A stretch of 63,942 nt of DNA, counting the filler, from an uncultured Ignavibacteriales bacterium (GTDB lineage Bacteria; Zixibacteria; MSB-5A5; GN15; JAAZOE01): NCBI GenBank assembly GCA_964611355.1. It is 7 parts of 6 records of this genome, joined end to end, with 100 filler letters (N's around TTAATTAATTAA, not from the genome) between each part and the next. Parts side by side here need not be neighbours in the genome. Positions count along the whole stretch, not along the records: positions 13,353 to 30,223 come from CAZSYD010000003.1; positions 30,324 to 42,540 come from CAZSYD010000003.1; 5 more parts are not named here. One strand, given 5' to 3'. Below, one piece after another: positions 21,450-30,456 of the stretch; positions within the stretch are counted from its first letter, which is position 1, and each line of letters starts with the position of its first letter. Made by a program: the position numbers and the translations under genes. Below the pieces are notes generated by a model. The model saw only the letters and a program-made list of their open reading frames with translations, was not told the origin of the DNA and did no database searches.

Positions 21450-22547
21450 TCACGCGTTGTCTTCTCCTTGCAAGCGGTTGTCGTCGATCGCATCCTCGGC
21501 GATGCAGCCAACCGACGCGGCCGCTTTTGTCCGATCCGATAAAAGCTCCAACTCGATTTGCCGGTTTACCTGATGGTGAACCATCTCGCGCGCCACCGTC
21601 AGGGCCTTCCGGATAGCCTTGCTTGACGACCCACCGTGGCAGATGATGCATATACCGTTGACGCCCAAAAGAGGAACGCCGCCATATTCGGAATAGTCAA
21701 AGGTGTTGCGCAATCTGCGTAGAAACGGCGACATCAGTATGGCGCCGGCGCGCGAAAACGGATTCGACGATACCTGTCGCCGTATCGAAGCGGTCAGAAA
21801 ACCCTCCACAGACTCGGCCAATTTAAGGACTATGTTGCCGACAAAACCGTCGGTGACGACCACGTCGGCCCCGCCTTTCAAGATATCCCGACCCTCAATG
21901 TTGCCGATAAAATTAAGCCTTTTATCCTTTTCCAATAGTGGATAAGTTTCCAGTATCAGGTCGTTCCCTTTGCTTTTTTCTTCACCGATCGATAAAAGTC
22001 CGATCCGGGGCCGTTTGATCCGGCACATACGGGTCGACATCACCGAACCCATTATGGCGAACTGGTGCAGATTAATCGGTTTGCATTCCGAATTGGCTCC
22101 AACGTCAAGGACTACTGTCGTAGTCCTTTTAATGGTCGGGAAAAATGAGGCGATAGCCGGCCGCTTTACTCCGCGCAGGCGGCCGAGGTTAAGCATCGCC
22201 GTTCCCATCACGGCACCGGTATTCCCCGGTGAAACCAGCGCATCCACCTTGTTCTCTCTATGCAGCCGGATAGCCACGGCGATGGACGTATCTTTCCGGC
22301 GGAATGCCTCGGCCGGGATATCGGCCATGGCGACCTGTTCGTCGGCGTGGTACACATCAACGTTCTGGGGAAGCTGCCGATATTTTTTCAGTTTCGCCTC
22401 AATCAGATCCCGGCGGCCGACGAGAACGATCCTTGTGTCGGGACCGAAGTCCCTTGCGGCCTGCACGCCGCCGCTGATAATAGTACCGGGGCCGTTGTCA
22501 GTCCCCATCACATCAAGAGCCAGTTTTGTTATATTTTTATCTGCCAT
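21450..22547 (-). CDS. plsX: Phosphate acyltransferase PlsX
   Basis: ALDVMGTD, GNTGA, DGFVGN, HGGS. Confidence 0.96.
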   Translation of the reverse strand: MADKNITKLALDVMGTDNGPGTIISGGVQAARDFGPDTRIVLVGRRDLIEAKLKKYRQLPQNVDVYHADEQVAMADIPAEAFRRKDTSIAVAIRLHRENKVDALVSPGNTGAVMGTAMLNLGRLRGVKRPAIASFFPTIKRTTTVVLDVGANSECKPINLHQFAIMGSVMSTRMCRIKRPRIGLLSIGEEKSKGNDLILETYPLLEKDKRLNFIGNIEGRDILKGGADVVVTDGFVGNIVLKLAESVEGFLTASIRRQVSSNPFSRAGAILMSPFLRRLRNTFDYSEYGGVPLLGVNGICIICHGGSSSKAIRKALTVAREMVHHQVNRQIELELLSDRTKAAASVGCIAEDAIDDNRLQGEDNA

Positions 22548-22574
22548 TACGTCAACGGTCTTATAAACGCCCGG

Positions 22575-22751
22575 TTACTTTACGGGTACAACCTCGGAAT
22601 CCTTATAATAACCGCAATTGGGGCAGATGTGATGCGCCAATTTCGGCTGATGGCAGTTGCTGCACTCAACGACCGCGGGCGGCTGCAACTTCCAATGCGT
22701 GCGGCGCTTACGCCCCCTGGCGCGGGAATGTCTTCTTTTCTGTACAGCCAT
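22575..22751 (-). CDS. rpmF: 50S ribosomal protein L32
   Basis: Manual translation MAVQKRRHSRARGRKRRTHWKL...CSNC...HHICPNCGYY (58 aa; below the ORF-track cutoff). Confidence 0.96.
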   Translation of the reverse strand: MAVQKRRHSRARGRKRRTHWKLQPPAVVECSNCHQPKLAHHICPNCGYYKDSEVVPVK

Positions 22752-22790
22752 GGTATCTCCTTGTCAAACTTGTTCGGGCAGGACTCGTTA

Positions 22791-23300
22791 TCACGATAGT
22801 CCGCGAAGCCCGTCCCAGCGAGCGTCGGTCGTTTCCACTTTGCAGTTGCATTCCTGTTCGTTCAGGTTGACGCCGCAACGGGGACAAAGCCCGCGGCAAT
22901 CCGGGTCACAGAGCGGTTTGAGAGGTATTTCCAGAATGAGAGTTTCCCGTACCTGATCGCTGATGTCAACCCGCGACGAGTTGGCGGGAATAATAATCCG
23001 GCTATCCGGTCCTTCAACCCCGTCGGGATACCGCATTTCACCAGCTTCATGAATCGAGAAGTCAATCCGGCCCTGAAGCGTCAGGGGGTACTTTTTCAGA
23101 CAACGGGAACACTGCAAGAGGACGTTGCAATTAACCTCGCCGGTGCAATAATAGATATGATCGCTTTGCAAAACGTCAAGTTCCACCCTTGCTTTGCCTT
23201 GGAATGAAACGCCGTCAACGGAAATTTCCAGTCGCTCAGCCTCTTCCTCAAGCAAAACATGGGTCTGCAATTCCCCAAAATCTCTCAAATCAAGCATCAT
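22791..23300 (-). CDS. yceD: YceD/DUF177 family protein
   Basis: CSRCL, PLCDPDCRGLCPRCGVNLN, DARW; upstream of rpmF. Confidence 0.93.
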   Translation of the reverse strand: MMLDLRDFGELQTHVLLEEEAERLEISVDGVSFQGKARVELDVLQSDHIYYCTGEVNCNVLLQCSRCLKKYPLTLQGRIDFSIHEAGEMRYPDGVEGPDSRIIIPANSSRVDISDQVRETLILEIPLKPLCDPDCRGLCPRCGVNLNEQECNCKVETTDARWDGLRGLS

Positions 23301-23647
23301 AGCCTATAAAACTACTGCATAAGTTTGTCCCTGTCAAGCACTTTCTATCCCGTGTATCCGTTGCGACATATCAGCTTACGGGTATTTACAAGACATCGGT
23401 ACGGTTTACCGAGCCAAAGTCATGCGGCATGGATCACATTTCCCAAGCGCTGCTTCTTTGTGATACGTTTTATACCGCTTAAATGCTGCGGCCCTGATTT
23501 TGTTCCCTCGAAAGGATTCATTTATCGATTAAATCCCGGCCTGCGGGTATAACTTTCCCGGAATGACTTCTCCCCGCCGAGGGCCGAATCCTATTCCCGC
23601 GTCGTCCGTGGTCTGCCGACAAAAATCATATCTTACTTCACACATTA

Positions 23648-23676
23648 AAAAAGCCGGGAAACTGAACTTCCCGGCT
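23648..23676 (-). terminator. Intrinsic terminator of the FadL-esterase operon
   Basis: On the minus strand AGCCGGGAAG-TTCAG-TTTCCCGGCT, then a T tract. Confidence 0.75.
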
Positions 23677-23711
23677 CAGGCCTTTCAAGCAAATCATTCA
23701 ATCCTTATTTC

Positions 23712-25103
23712 TTACTCCCCGAAATTATTAGAGTGGAAGATCAAAATATCCTCCAGCAGATCATAAATACAATGATCCGCCGTTCCGGAAAGCAACTCAT
23801 TTCCCACGAAAGCCGTCAATTGATAATTCATCGCATTAGCGTTTAAAAACTGCACAAAGCCGTCCATCTGTTCATCATAGTGAAACCGGGCACCGTCCGA
23901 TCTAATCAGCAGTTTTGGCATATTATCAAAATAGATCGCATTGCCAGGGTCGGCGTTGCCATAAAGCGATTCGATATTATTATCCATCCATAACTGCCAG
24001 ATGAAATCGTCGCGCGCTCCGGTGGAGTCAAACGGCACATGAACGTCGTGATCAGGCAGATAACTCTTAAAATCATCGGTAAGGGTGTCAGTCACCGTAG
24101 TCGATATCACCTGCACGTCAAACGCGTCGTAATAAACCGAATCGACATCAAAAGCCGTGTGGTGTGAAGAAAAAGCCGCCGCCGCAGAGACGGTTAATAC
24201 CATTTCCGGATCCGCAGCTATAATCGGTTCCATATTCTGATTGAGTAAGACCGTATCAACGCCGAAGCCAAGCGTGTCCAACTCAACGATCGTAGTGTCA
24301 ATACTAATTATCGAATCGGGGGGATCGACGGCAAAAGTAGTGTCTATTTGCAGAAGCGAATCGAGATATATCCACTGTGTTCCGGCAGGAAATACTTCCT
24401 GAAACAGCGAAAGAAACCCTCCCGAACCGGCGCCGTCAAAATCGAGCGGGGCATTTACGGCCGACACCGAACCGAATAAATCGGTCTTGATGGCGGCCCT
24501 GAAGGCGCCATAGCCGCCTATACCCACGCCGCCGATGGCGCGATGTTCCCTATCCCTGATGGCTCGAACCCAGGGGGTTGCATTCGCTTCACTTCCTTCA
24601 ATCTTGGTTATCAACGCCCGGCCTATAATACCCCAGGTTTCAAATCCATAAAAATCGTAGAAAAGGGCATCGAAGAAATTCCCCTGACGCGGCGAATTGA
24701 CGTAGAACGACCCGCCCAAATAGGAACGACCGTCAAAAGTAACAATAATCATCGGTTGAATTTTGCCTTCGGCGATCAAACGATCCGCCACAGTCTTCAA
24801 ACCATGCTCAAAAAAGTACCGCTCGTCGGCGCGAAACGGCGACAGAAGGTAAAGAGTCGGGTAGTGTCTACCGCCATCCAAGCCATAACCTGGCGGAAGA
24901 TAAAACCTCACCCCCCGATGTCCAAGATCAGGGACGGTGGACATGGTAATGGCATAGAATCGATCGTTTGCCTGCATCTCCACTCCCTCCGGGATCATCG
25001 ATCGAATGGGATTATCCTTGGTTTTGTCGGTGCAGCCGACGAGACCGGCGGCAATCAGCAGTATAGCGATCGCAATTAATATATTTCTTGGATTCATTGT
25101 CAC
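23712..25103 (-). CDS. Esterase-family (alpha/beta hydrolase fold) lipoprotein lacking the nucleophile Ser
   Basis: Lipobox LVGC; YLPPGY, YPTLYLL, IQPMIIV; RAIGGVGIGGYGA in place of GxSxG. Confidence 0.75.
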   Translation of the reverse strand: MTMNPRNILIAIAILLIAAGLVGCTDKTKDNPIRSMIPEGVEMQANDRFYAITMSTVPDLGHRGVRFYLPPGYGLDGGRHYPTLYLLSPFRADERYFFEHGLKTVADRLIAEGKIQPMIIVTFDGRSYLGGSFYVNSPRQGNFFDALFYDFYGFETWGIIGRALITKIEGSEANATPWVRAIRDREHRAIGGVGIGGYGAFRAAIKTDLFGSVSAVNAPLDFDGAGSGGFLSLFQEVFPAGTQWIYLDSLLQIDTTFAVDPPDSIISIDTTIVELDTLGFGVDTVLLNQNMEPIIAADPEMVLTVSAAAAFSSHHTAFDVDSVYYDAFDVQVISTTVTDTLTDDFKSYLPDHDVHVPFDSTGARDDFIWQLWMDNNIESLYGNADPGNAIYFDNMPKLLIRSDGARFHYDEQMDGFVQFLNANAMNYQLTAFVGNELLSGTADHCIYDLLEDILIFHSNNFGE

Positions 25104-25109
25104 CCTCCG

Positions 25110-26600
25110 CTAAAACCGGACCGTAAATTGCACTATCGATTCCCAGGCCGAACCGTCATAGGTTCCGGCCATGTTATCCATAATCTCATCAACTTCCCCG
25201 TTGCTTTCCAGATACATATTCCCGCCCTGAACCGTTTCGGGATAACTGATGTACTGAGTTGCGAAATCAAGCATGACGTCTTCGAACACAAGGCCCAGCC
25301 CTGCGCTGAAGCTGTGCTTCAGACCGGGGTCAAAAAAGGCCGGATGAAGGATAAACGCCTCATCAAGCTCCTGCGAGGCCGGCGACTGGTCGGCTGAATA
25401 ACCGGCACGAAGCTGGACTACATCGCTGTAGGCGTACTGCAGGCCAATCGAGCCCCTGAAGGTGTTTGACCAGTCGACCGGAACGTTCATATCCTCGGCC
25501 ATCCACACGTTGAGCGTATCATTACGTGTGATATTCTCATCAAGGAAAGTATAGTCAAAATAGTACCCTTTGAACTGGGACCAGAAAGTGTATTCCAGAG
25601 CACCGGCGACAAGCAGCCGGTCGGTAACCTTGTAGGCAACACCGCCAGCCAACTGCCCGGGAAGGGTAATCTCCGTTTTGAAATTGGCGTATCCCATATA
25701 TCTGGCGCCGGAGGACAGAATGTAATTCATGGCACCCGGATATGTACGAACATCTTCCCGAGTGTGATAATCAAAGATATCAGGCATGTGGAAGTAGAAG
25801 TAAGAATTGCCCTCCAGAGTCACTTTCGTCTTGTAGGCGAAAGAGGCGCCGAAGTTTAGATCCGGAGTAGCCTTAAACAACAACCCCGCGCGGAAATTGG
25901 GAGCCAGACCATCGCCGCTTGAATGCTGCCATTCGGTAATCAGTTCATTGGGCCGGCCCGCGATCAGGTCATAATAAGGTTCATCAGGATTGGCGGGATT
26001 GGGACGGAGGAAAAAGCCGCCGTAAGCCAGATCAGCCTTGAGTAACCCGGCCGACCAGCCGACGCTGAGACGATCTTCCATCAACTCTAGAGCGCCGACC
26101 CAGTTGACGGCGATGGCATCGAAGTTATGCTCCATCTGCTGCCCGGGAAGCTGAAACTCGTTATTCAGCGGCTGGAAAACCTGCCAGGAAACATTCATAT
26201 CAAACGGCTGAAAGAGGGCCACGCCGGTCACAAAATCATTGCCGCTCACCGGTATTCTAAAAAACCCGCCCAGAGTCGGAGTTGTCAGGATTTTATGGCG
26301 GTTATAGATTTTGCCCTCGTAAAAACCGATCTGATAATCGCCCAGATTAACCGACGGGGTATAAGAGAAACAATTATGAGTTATAACCTCATTAAAGGTT
26401 ACCTGGTTTTTCGTTACATAAAACAGGCCTGCCGGGTTGTAGTATGCCGCCGACCAGTCATTGGCAATAGCATGGAAGGCGCCACCCATACCTTTGGCTT
26501 TGGCCCCGACCGCCCAGATACTCATGCCTCCGCCCCGGGCTGACGGAACCAGGCACATCATGAGAAACAGGCATAATAAAGCAACCGTAGCTTTTCTCAT
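25110..26600 (-). CDS. OmpP1/FadL family outer-membrane transporter
   Basis: Signal peptide, GAKAKGMGGA..A.ANDWSAAYYNPAGL, C-terminal Phe. Confidence 0.88.
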   Translation of the reverse strand: MRKATVALLCLFLMMCLVPSARGGGMSIWAVGAKAKGMGGAFHAIANDWSAAYYNPAGLFYVTKNQVTFNEVITHNCFSYTPSVNLGDYQIGFYEGKIYNRHKILTTPTLGGFFRIPVSGNDFVTGVALFQPFDMNVSWQVFQPLNNEFQLPGQQMEHNFDAIAVNWVGALELMEDRLSVGWSAGLLKADLAYGGFFLRPNPANPDEPYYDLIAGRPNELITEWQHSSGDGLAPNFRAGLLFKATPDLNFGASFAYKTKVTLEGNSYFYFHMPDIFDYHTREDVRTYPGAMNYILSSGARYMGYANFKTEITLPGQLAGGVAYKVTDRLLVAGALEYTFWSQFKGYYFDYTFLDENITRNDTLNVWMAEDMNVPVDWSNTFRGSIGLQYAYSDVVQLRAGYSADQSPASQELDEAFILHPAFFDPGLKHSFSAGLGLVFEDVMLDFATQYISYPETVQGGNMYLESNGEVDEIMDNMAGTYDGSAWESIVQFTVRF

Positions 26601-26909
26601 CCTCAACTCCAACTCTATTGTATGCTGACTATCTTCCATTCATCAGCCAATTGTACCCTTGCATCTTTCATACATAGTCCGTGTGAAAAAACGCAAAATA
26701 TGAACTGAAATATTACTATATCAACCGTATTTTGTCAAGTCTGCGCCTTATTTTTTTAGCCAGGCCATTATATGTCAACCAATAGACGAACCAGAGTCGT
26801 TTTTTTTCCAATGACCTGGAAATTTTTTCCATTCCAGGCGTCAAATCATTCCGGCCCTGTCAGAGAAATACGCGCAGGAACCCGCGAATATCCCACTTAA
26901 CTATTTAAC

Positions 26910-26956
26910 TATCAATTAATTACGATGTTTTTTGCCGATTTGGCACTTGGAATGCA
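26910..26956 (+). promoter_or_regulatory. sigma54 (-24/-12) promoter with upstream IHF-like site
   Basis: TGGCACTTGGAATGCA at 26941-26956 (GG-N10-GC); TATCAATTAATTA at 26910-26922 fits WATCAANNNNTTR. Confidence 0.6.
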
Positions 26957-26988
26957 ATGCTTGACGGAAAACCAGGGAAGGTTGACGT

Positions 26989-29343
26989 ATGAAAAAATCA
27001 ATTATATTTGGCGCGCTGATTATAATCTTGGTTTTTATCAATTGGTTCGTTGACGGCTTTGCCCAGACAACCGAAGAACAGCTCAAACTCCGCGGGCAGC
27101 AACCCGATTACAGTCCGATGCAACCGTATCAGTCTCCCCCGATATATGATGAGGACGGCGAACTGGTAAACGATTCACTCCTGACGCTTCACCGTCAGAA
27201 GGGCACTGATACGACCCGGCTTTTCCAACCGGAGGATGAACGCTATCGGCGGCTTCACCTATTGGCGGCCGATTCAGCCGATACCGAAGAACCACATCAA
27301 TTGATTCTTCCCAAAAGAAGCGAAGTCGAACGTTTCGGGACAAACCTGTTTAAAAATCGGCACGTCGGCGAGGTCAACACTTCGCAGATACCCGACGATT
27401 ATCTTCTCGGGCCGGGGGACAATATTATCATCAGCCTGTGGGGGCGGGTTCAGCAGGAATGGAACGTCACGGTTGACCGGCAGGGGGGAATTTTTATACC
27501 CAAAGTGGGAGAAATCACCGCCTGGGGGATGACTCTGCCCGAATTCGAAGAACGTCTTGACGCCCAGCTTTCAAAGGCTTACACCGGTTATAAACGAAAA
27601 ATTACCCTCGGTAAAATCCGGACCATCAGGGTCTTTGTATATGGTGAGGTGCGCGAACCGGGCGGTTATGCCGTTTCCGCCCTTTCGACTTTATTTAACG
27701 CTCTATATATGGCCGGCGGCCCTAACGAAAACGGCTCTTTCAGGCAAATTAGGCTGATCCGAAACAATAAAACCATCCTGGTCGATCTGTACGATTTTCT
27801 TATAAAAGGAGACAGGCATTGCGATCTCCCTCTTGTTTCCGGCGACGTCATATTTGTTCCGCTGGTCGGGGCCCAGGCAACAATCAGGGGCGAAGTCAAG
27901 CGGCCGGCCATCTATGAACTGACCGGCGTGGGAAATATCTCCGATCTGATCGCTCTGGCCGGCGGTCCCACCGCCGACGCCCACCTCGGGCGGTTGATGC
28001 TGGATCGTATCTCGGAGGATGATTCCAGGAAGGTAATAGATCTCGATTTTGCCGCCGAAGAGAAACAGGACTTGCTTCTGGCCGATGGCGATGATCTTTC
28101 AATTTTCTCCATCTACCAGATGCGGCAAAACATTGTCTGGATTACCGGCGAAGTCAAACATCCGGGAACGTTTGAAAGAACCGAAAATATGCGGATTTCC
28201 GATTTGCTCGAAAATGCACAGCTTCTTCCCAATAACGTGTACAAGGAAAGGGCCGATCTGTATCGCCGTCTTTCAAACGGCCGCATCGAAATCAGGGCTG
28301 TTAGTCTAAAAAGCATCCTCGAAGGGAATAATAAGGATAACATCCCGCTGGCCGATCTTGATTCGTTGCAAATCTATTGCACCGACAGCGTGGCGCGAGA
28401 AAAACACGTTTATATCGACGGCATGGTGAAAAACCCGGGGAGATACCAGCTTTATGATAATATGACCGTGTCCGACCTGATATTTCTGGCGGGCAATTTC
28501 AATGAAAGCGCCTATATGCTTCAAGCAGAGTTGGCACGCATTGACAGCAATGGAAATACCAATGTTCTATATGTTCCACTTAATAACCGCAACAACATGA
28601 TCCTGACAGAAAACGATCAGCTTTTTGTGAGGAAAATTCCGGGTTATCAACTGCACCGGACGGTAACCGTAGAAGGAGAGATTCTTTTCCCGGGGCGATA
28701 CTCTCTTACGCAAAAGAATGAAACCCTCTGGGAACTTCTTGGTCGGGCAGGCGGCTTTACCCGAAAAGCCTTTCCGATTGGGGTCGTATTTAAGCGTAGG
28801 GCGATTATCGAAGACTTGAAACGGAAAAACATCGCCGGCATTATTGAAAGCTCCCTTCCTCTTCTGGCGGATTCGACCGGCATTCTTAAACCGGTGAAGA
28901 CTATCAGCTTCGAGCCCGAAAGCATGGATCGTATCATCGTCGATATGGAGCAGCTTATCGCCACCGGTGGAGCCGAAGGCGATTTCAAATTACAAGCCGG
29001 CGACTATATTTTCGTTCCGGAGATGCCCACCGGCGTCACCGTTATGGGGGAAGTATGCGCCAGCGGCACGATTACCTATGAACCGGGGGAAAAGGTCAAA
29101 CATTATCTGGAGCAGGCCGGCGGTTTTACCAGGCGGGCCGATAAGGGACAAACGCGGCTGGTCAAGGCCAATGGCCGCGTCTATGCCTCCGGAACGGCCC
29201 CGAGTAAAAAGGCTGAGCTGGGTGACGTGATTATTGTTCCAACCGAAATAAAGAAAGAGAGAGACTGGCTCAAGTATTTTACGACGGGCGCCTCGATCCT
29301 GACCGGCGTGGCCACGACGTTTCTGATCTTCGACCGCCTGTGA
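26989..29343 (+). CDS. Polysaccharide export protein, SLBB-repeat (KpsD/Wza-like)
   Basis: DYLLGPGD Poly_export motif and multiple GEV..PG.Y SLBB repeats. Confidence 0.9.
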   Translation: MKKSIIFGALIIILVFINWFVDGFAQTTEEQLKLRGQQPDYSPMQPYQSPPIYDEDGELVNDSLLTLHRQKGTDTTRLFQPEDERYRRLHLLAADSADTEEPHQLILPKRSEVERFGTNLFKNRHVGEVNTSQIPDDYLLGPGDNIIISLWGRVQQEWNVTVDRQGGIFIPKVGEITAWGMTLPEFEERLDAQLSKAYTGYKRKITLGKIRTIRVFVYGEVREPGGYAVSALSTLFNALYMAGGPNENGSFRQIRLIRNNKTILVDLYDFLIKGDRHCDLPLVSGDVIFVPLVGAQATIRGEVKRPAIYELTGVGNISDLIALAGGPTADAHLGRLMLDRISEDDSRKVIDLDFAAEEKQDLLLADGDDLSIFSIYQMRQNIVWITGEVKHPGTFERTENMRISDLLENAQLLPNNVYKERADLYRRLSNGRIEIRAVSLKSILEGNNKDNIPLADLDSLQIYCTDSVAREKHVYIDGMVKNPGRYQLYDNMTVSDLIFLAGNFNESAYMLQAELARIDSNGNTNVLYVPLNNRNNMILTENDQLFVRKIPGYQLHRTVTVEGEILFPGRYSLTQKNETLWELLGRAGGFTRKAFPIGVVFKRRAIIEDLKRKNIAGIIESSLPLLADSTGILKPVKTISFEPESMDRIIVDMEQLIATGGAEGDFKLQAGDYIFVPEMPTGVTVMGEVCASGTITYEPGEKVKHYLEQAGGFTRRADKGQTRLVKANGRVYASGTAPSKKAELGDVIIVPTEIKKERDWLKYFTTGASILTGVATTFLIFDRL

Positions 29344-29376
29344 TCGGTCGCATAACATATAACGGGGTGCAAGATT

Positions 29377-30223
29377 ATGGCTGACCTGACTTTCCTGCCA
29401 TACGGCAAACATCAGATTACCGAAGAAGACATAGACGCCGTTTCAGACGTATTGCGCTCCGACTGGCTAACACAGGGTCCGGCGGTAACGGATTTTGAAG
29501 ACGCACTGGCTGACTTTACAGGCGCAAAAGAGATAATAACCTGCTCCAGCGGCACCGCGGCATTGCACTTGGCCATGCTGGCGCTGGGATTGGGCAAAGG
29601 CGATGTCGTTATCATACCTTCCAATTCTTTCGTGGCCGCGACCAATTGCGCCCGCTTTGTCGGAGCCTCCGTCCGCTTCGCCGATATCGATCCCGAAACA
29701 GGTCTTATAGATCCGAAAAACGTGGCCCGTCTGCTTGAGGAAGACGCGGATCGAAAGATCAAGGCCGTCATCCCGTTTCATTTTGCCGGGCAGCCGGTTG
29801 ATTTGCCGGTTATCTACGATATGGCCAAAAGGCACGGCGCCTGGGTTATCGATGACGCCGGTCACGCCATCGGAGCTTCATACGATCACAACGGCAATAC
29901 CTATCGCCCGGGTGGAAACCCTCACAGCGATCTCACGGTGTTCTCCTTCCATGCCAATATGCACATTGCTATGGGCGAAGGCGGGGCCGTGGCGACAAAT
30001 CATACCGAACCGGCCGGAAGGATACGGCTGTTGCGCAATCACGGCCTGCGGCGGAATCAATTCGTAAACGGTGAATTGTCTCGTTCGCCTGACGGCGTTC
30101 CTAACCCGTGGTATTACGAAATAAGCGAGACGGGGTATAATTTTCGCCTGACCGATATCCAGGCGGCTCTGGGTCTGTCACAGATGAAACGTTTACCGTC
30201 GTCGCTCGAGCGTCGTCGCGAAA
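29377..30223 (+). CDS. DegT/PseC-like nucleotide-sugar aminotransferase (truncated by contig end); PLP Lys replaced by Met
   Basis: LPYGKHQI, SDWLTQGP, SSGTAALH, DDAGHAIG, SFHANMHIAMGEGG, GYNFRLTDIQAALG. Confidence 0.85.
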
Positions 30224-30348
30224 NNNNNNNNNNNNNNNNNNNNNNNNNNNNNNNNNNNNNNNNNNNNTTAATTAATTAANNNNNNNNNNNNNNNNNNNNN
30301 NNNNNNNNNNNNNNNNNNNNNNNTTTAGTCTATATACGGGAAAGTCTC

Positions 30349-30386
30349 AACCCGCCGGATCACCAGATGGTCCGGCGGGTTTTTTT
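30349..30386 (+). terminator. Intrinsic terminator
   Basis: AACCCGCCGGA-loop-TCCGGCGGGTTTTTT. Confidence 0.7.
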
Positions 30387-30456
30387 ATTACTATGATCCG
30401 GACCGAACGCTTAAGCGAACCCCGGCAAAGTCCGGGGTCGGCAAACGGAGAAAGCC

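Noticed and set aside
20458..21651. N-terminally extended FabH (397 aa) and similar extensions of the ECF sigma, GreA and FadL
   Set aside because: Longest-ORF artefacts overlapping upstream genes or gaps; homology begins at downstream starts.
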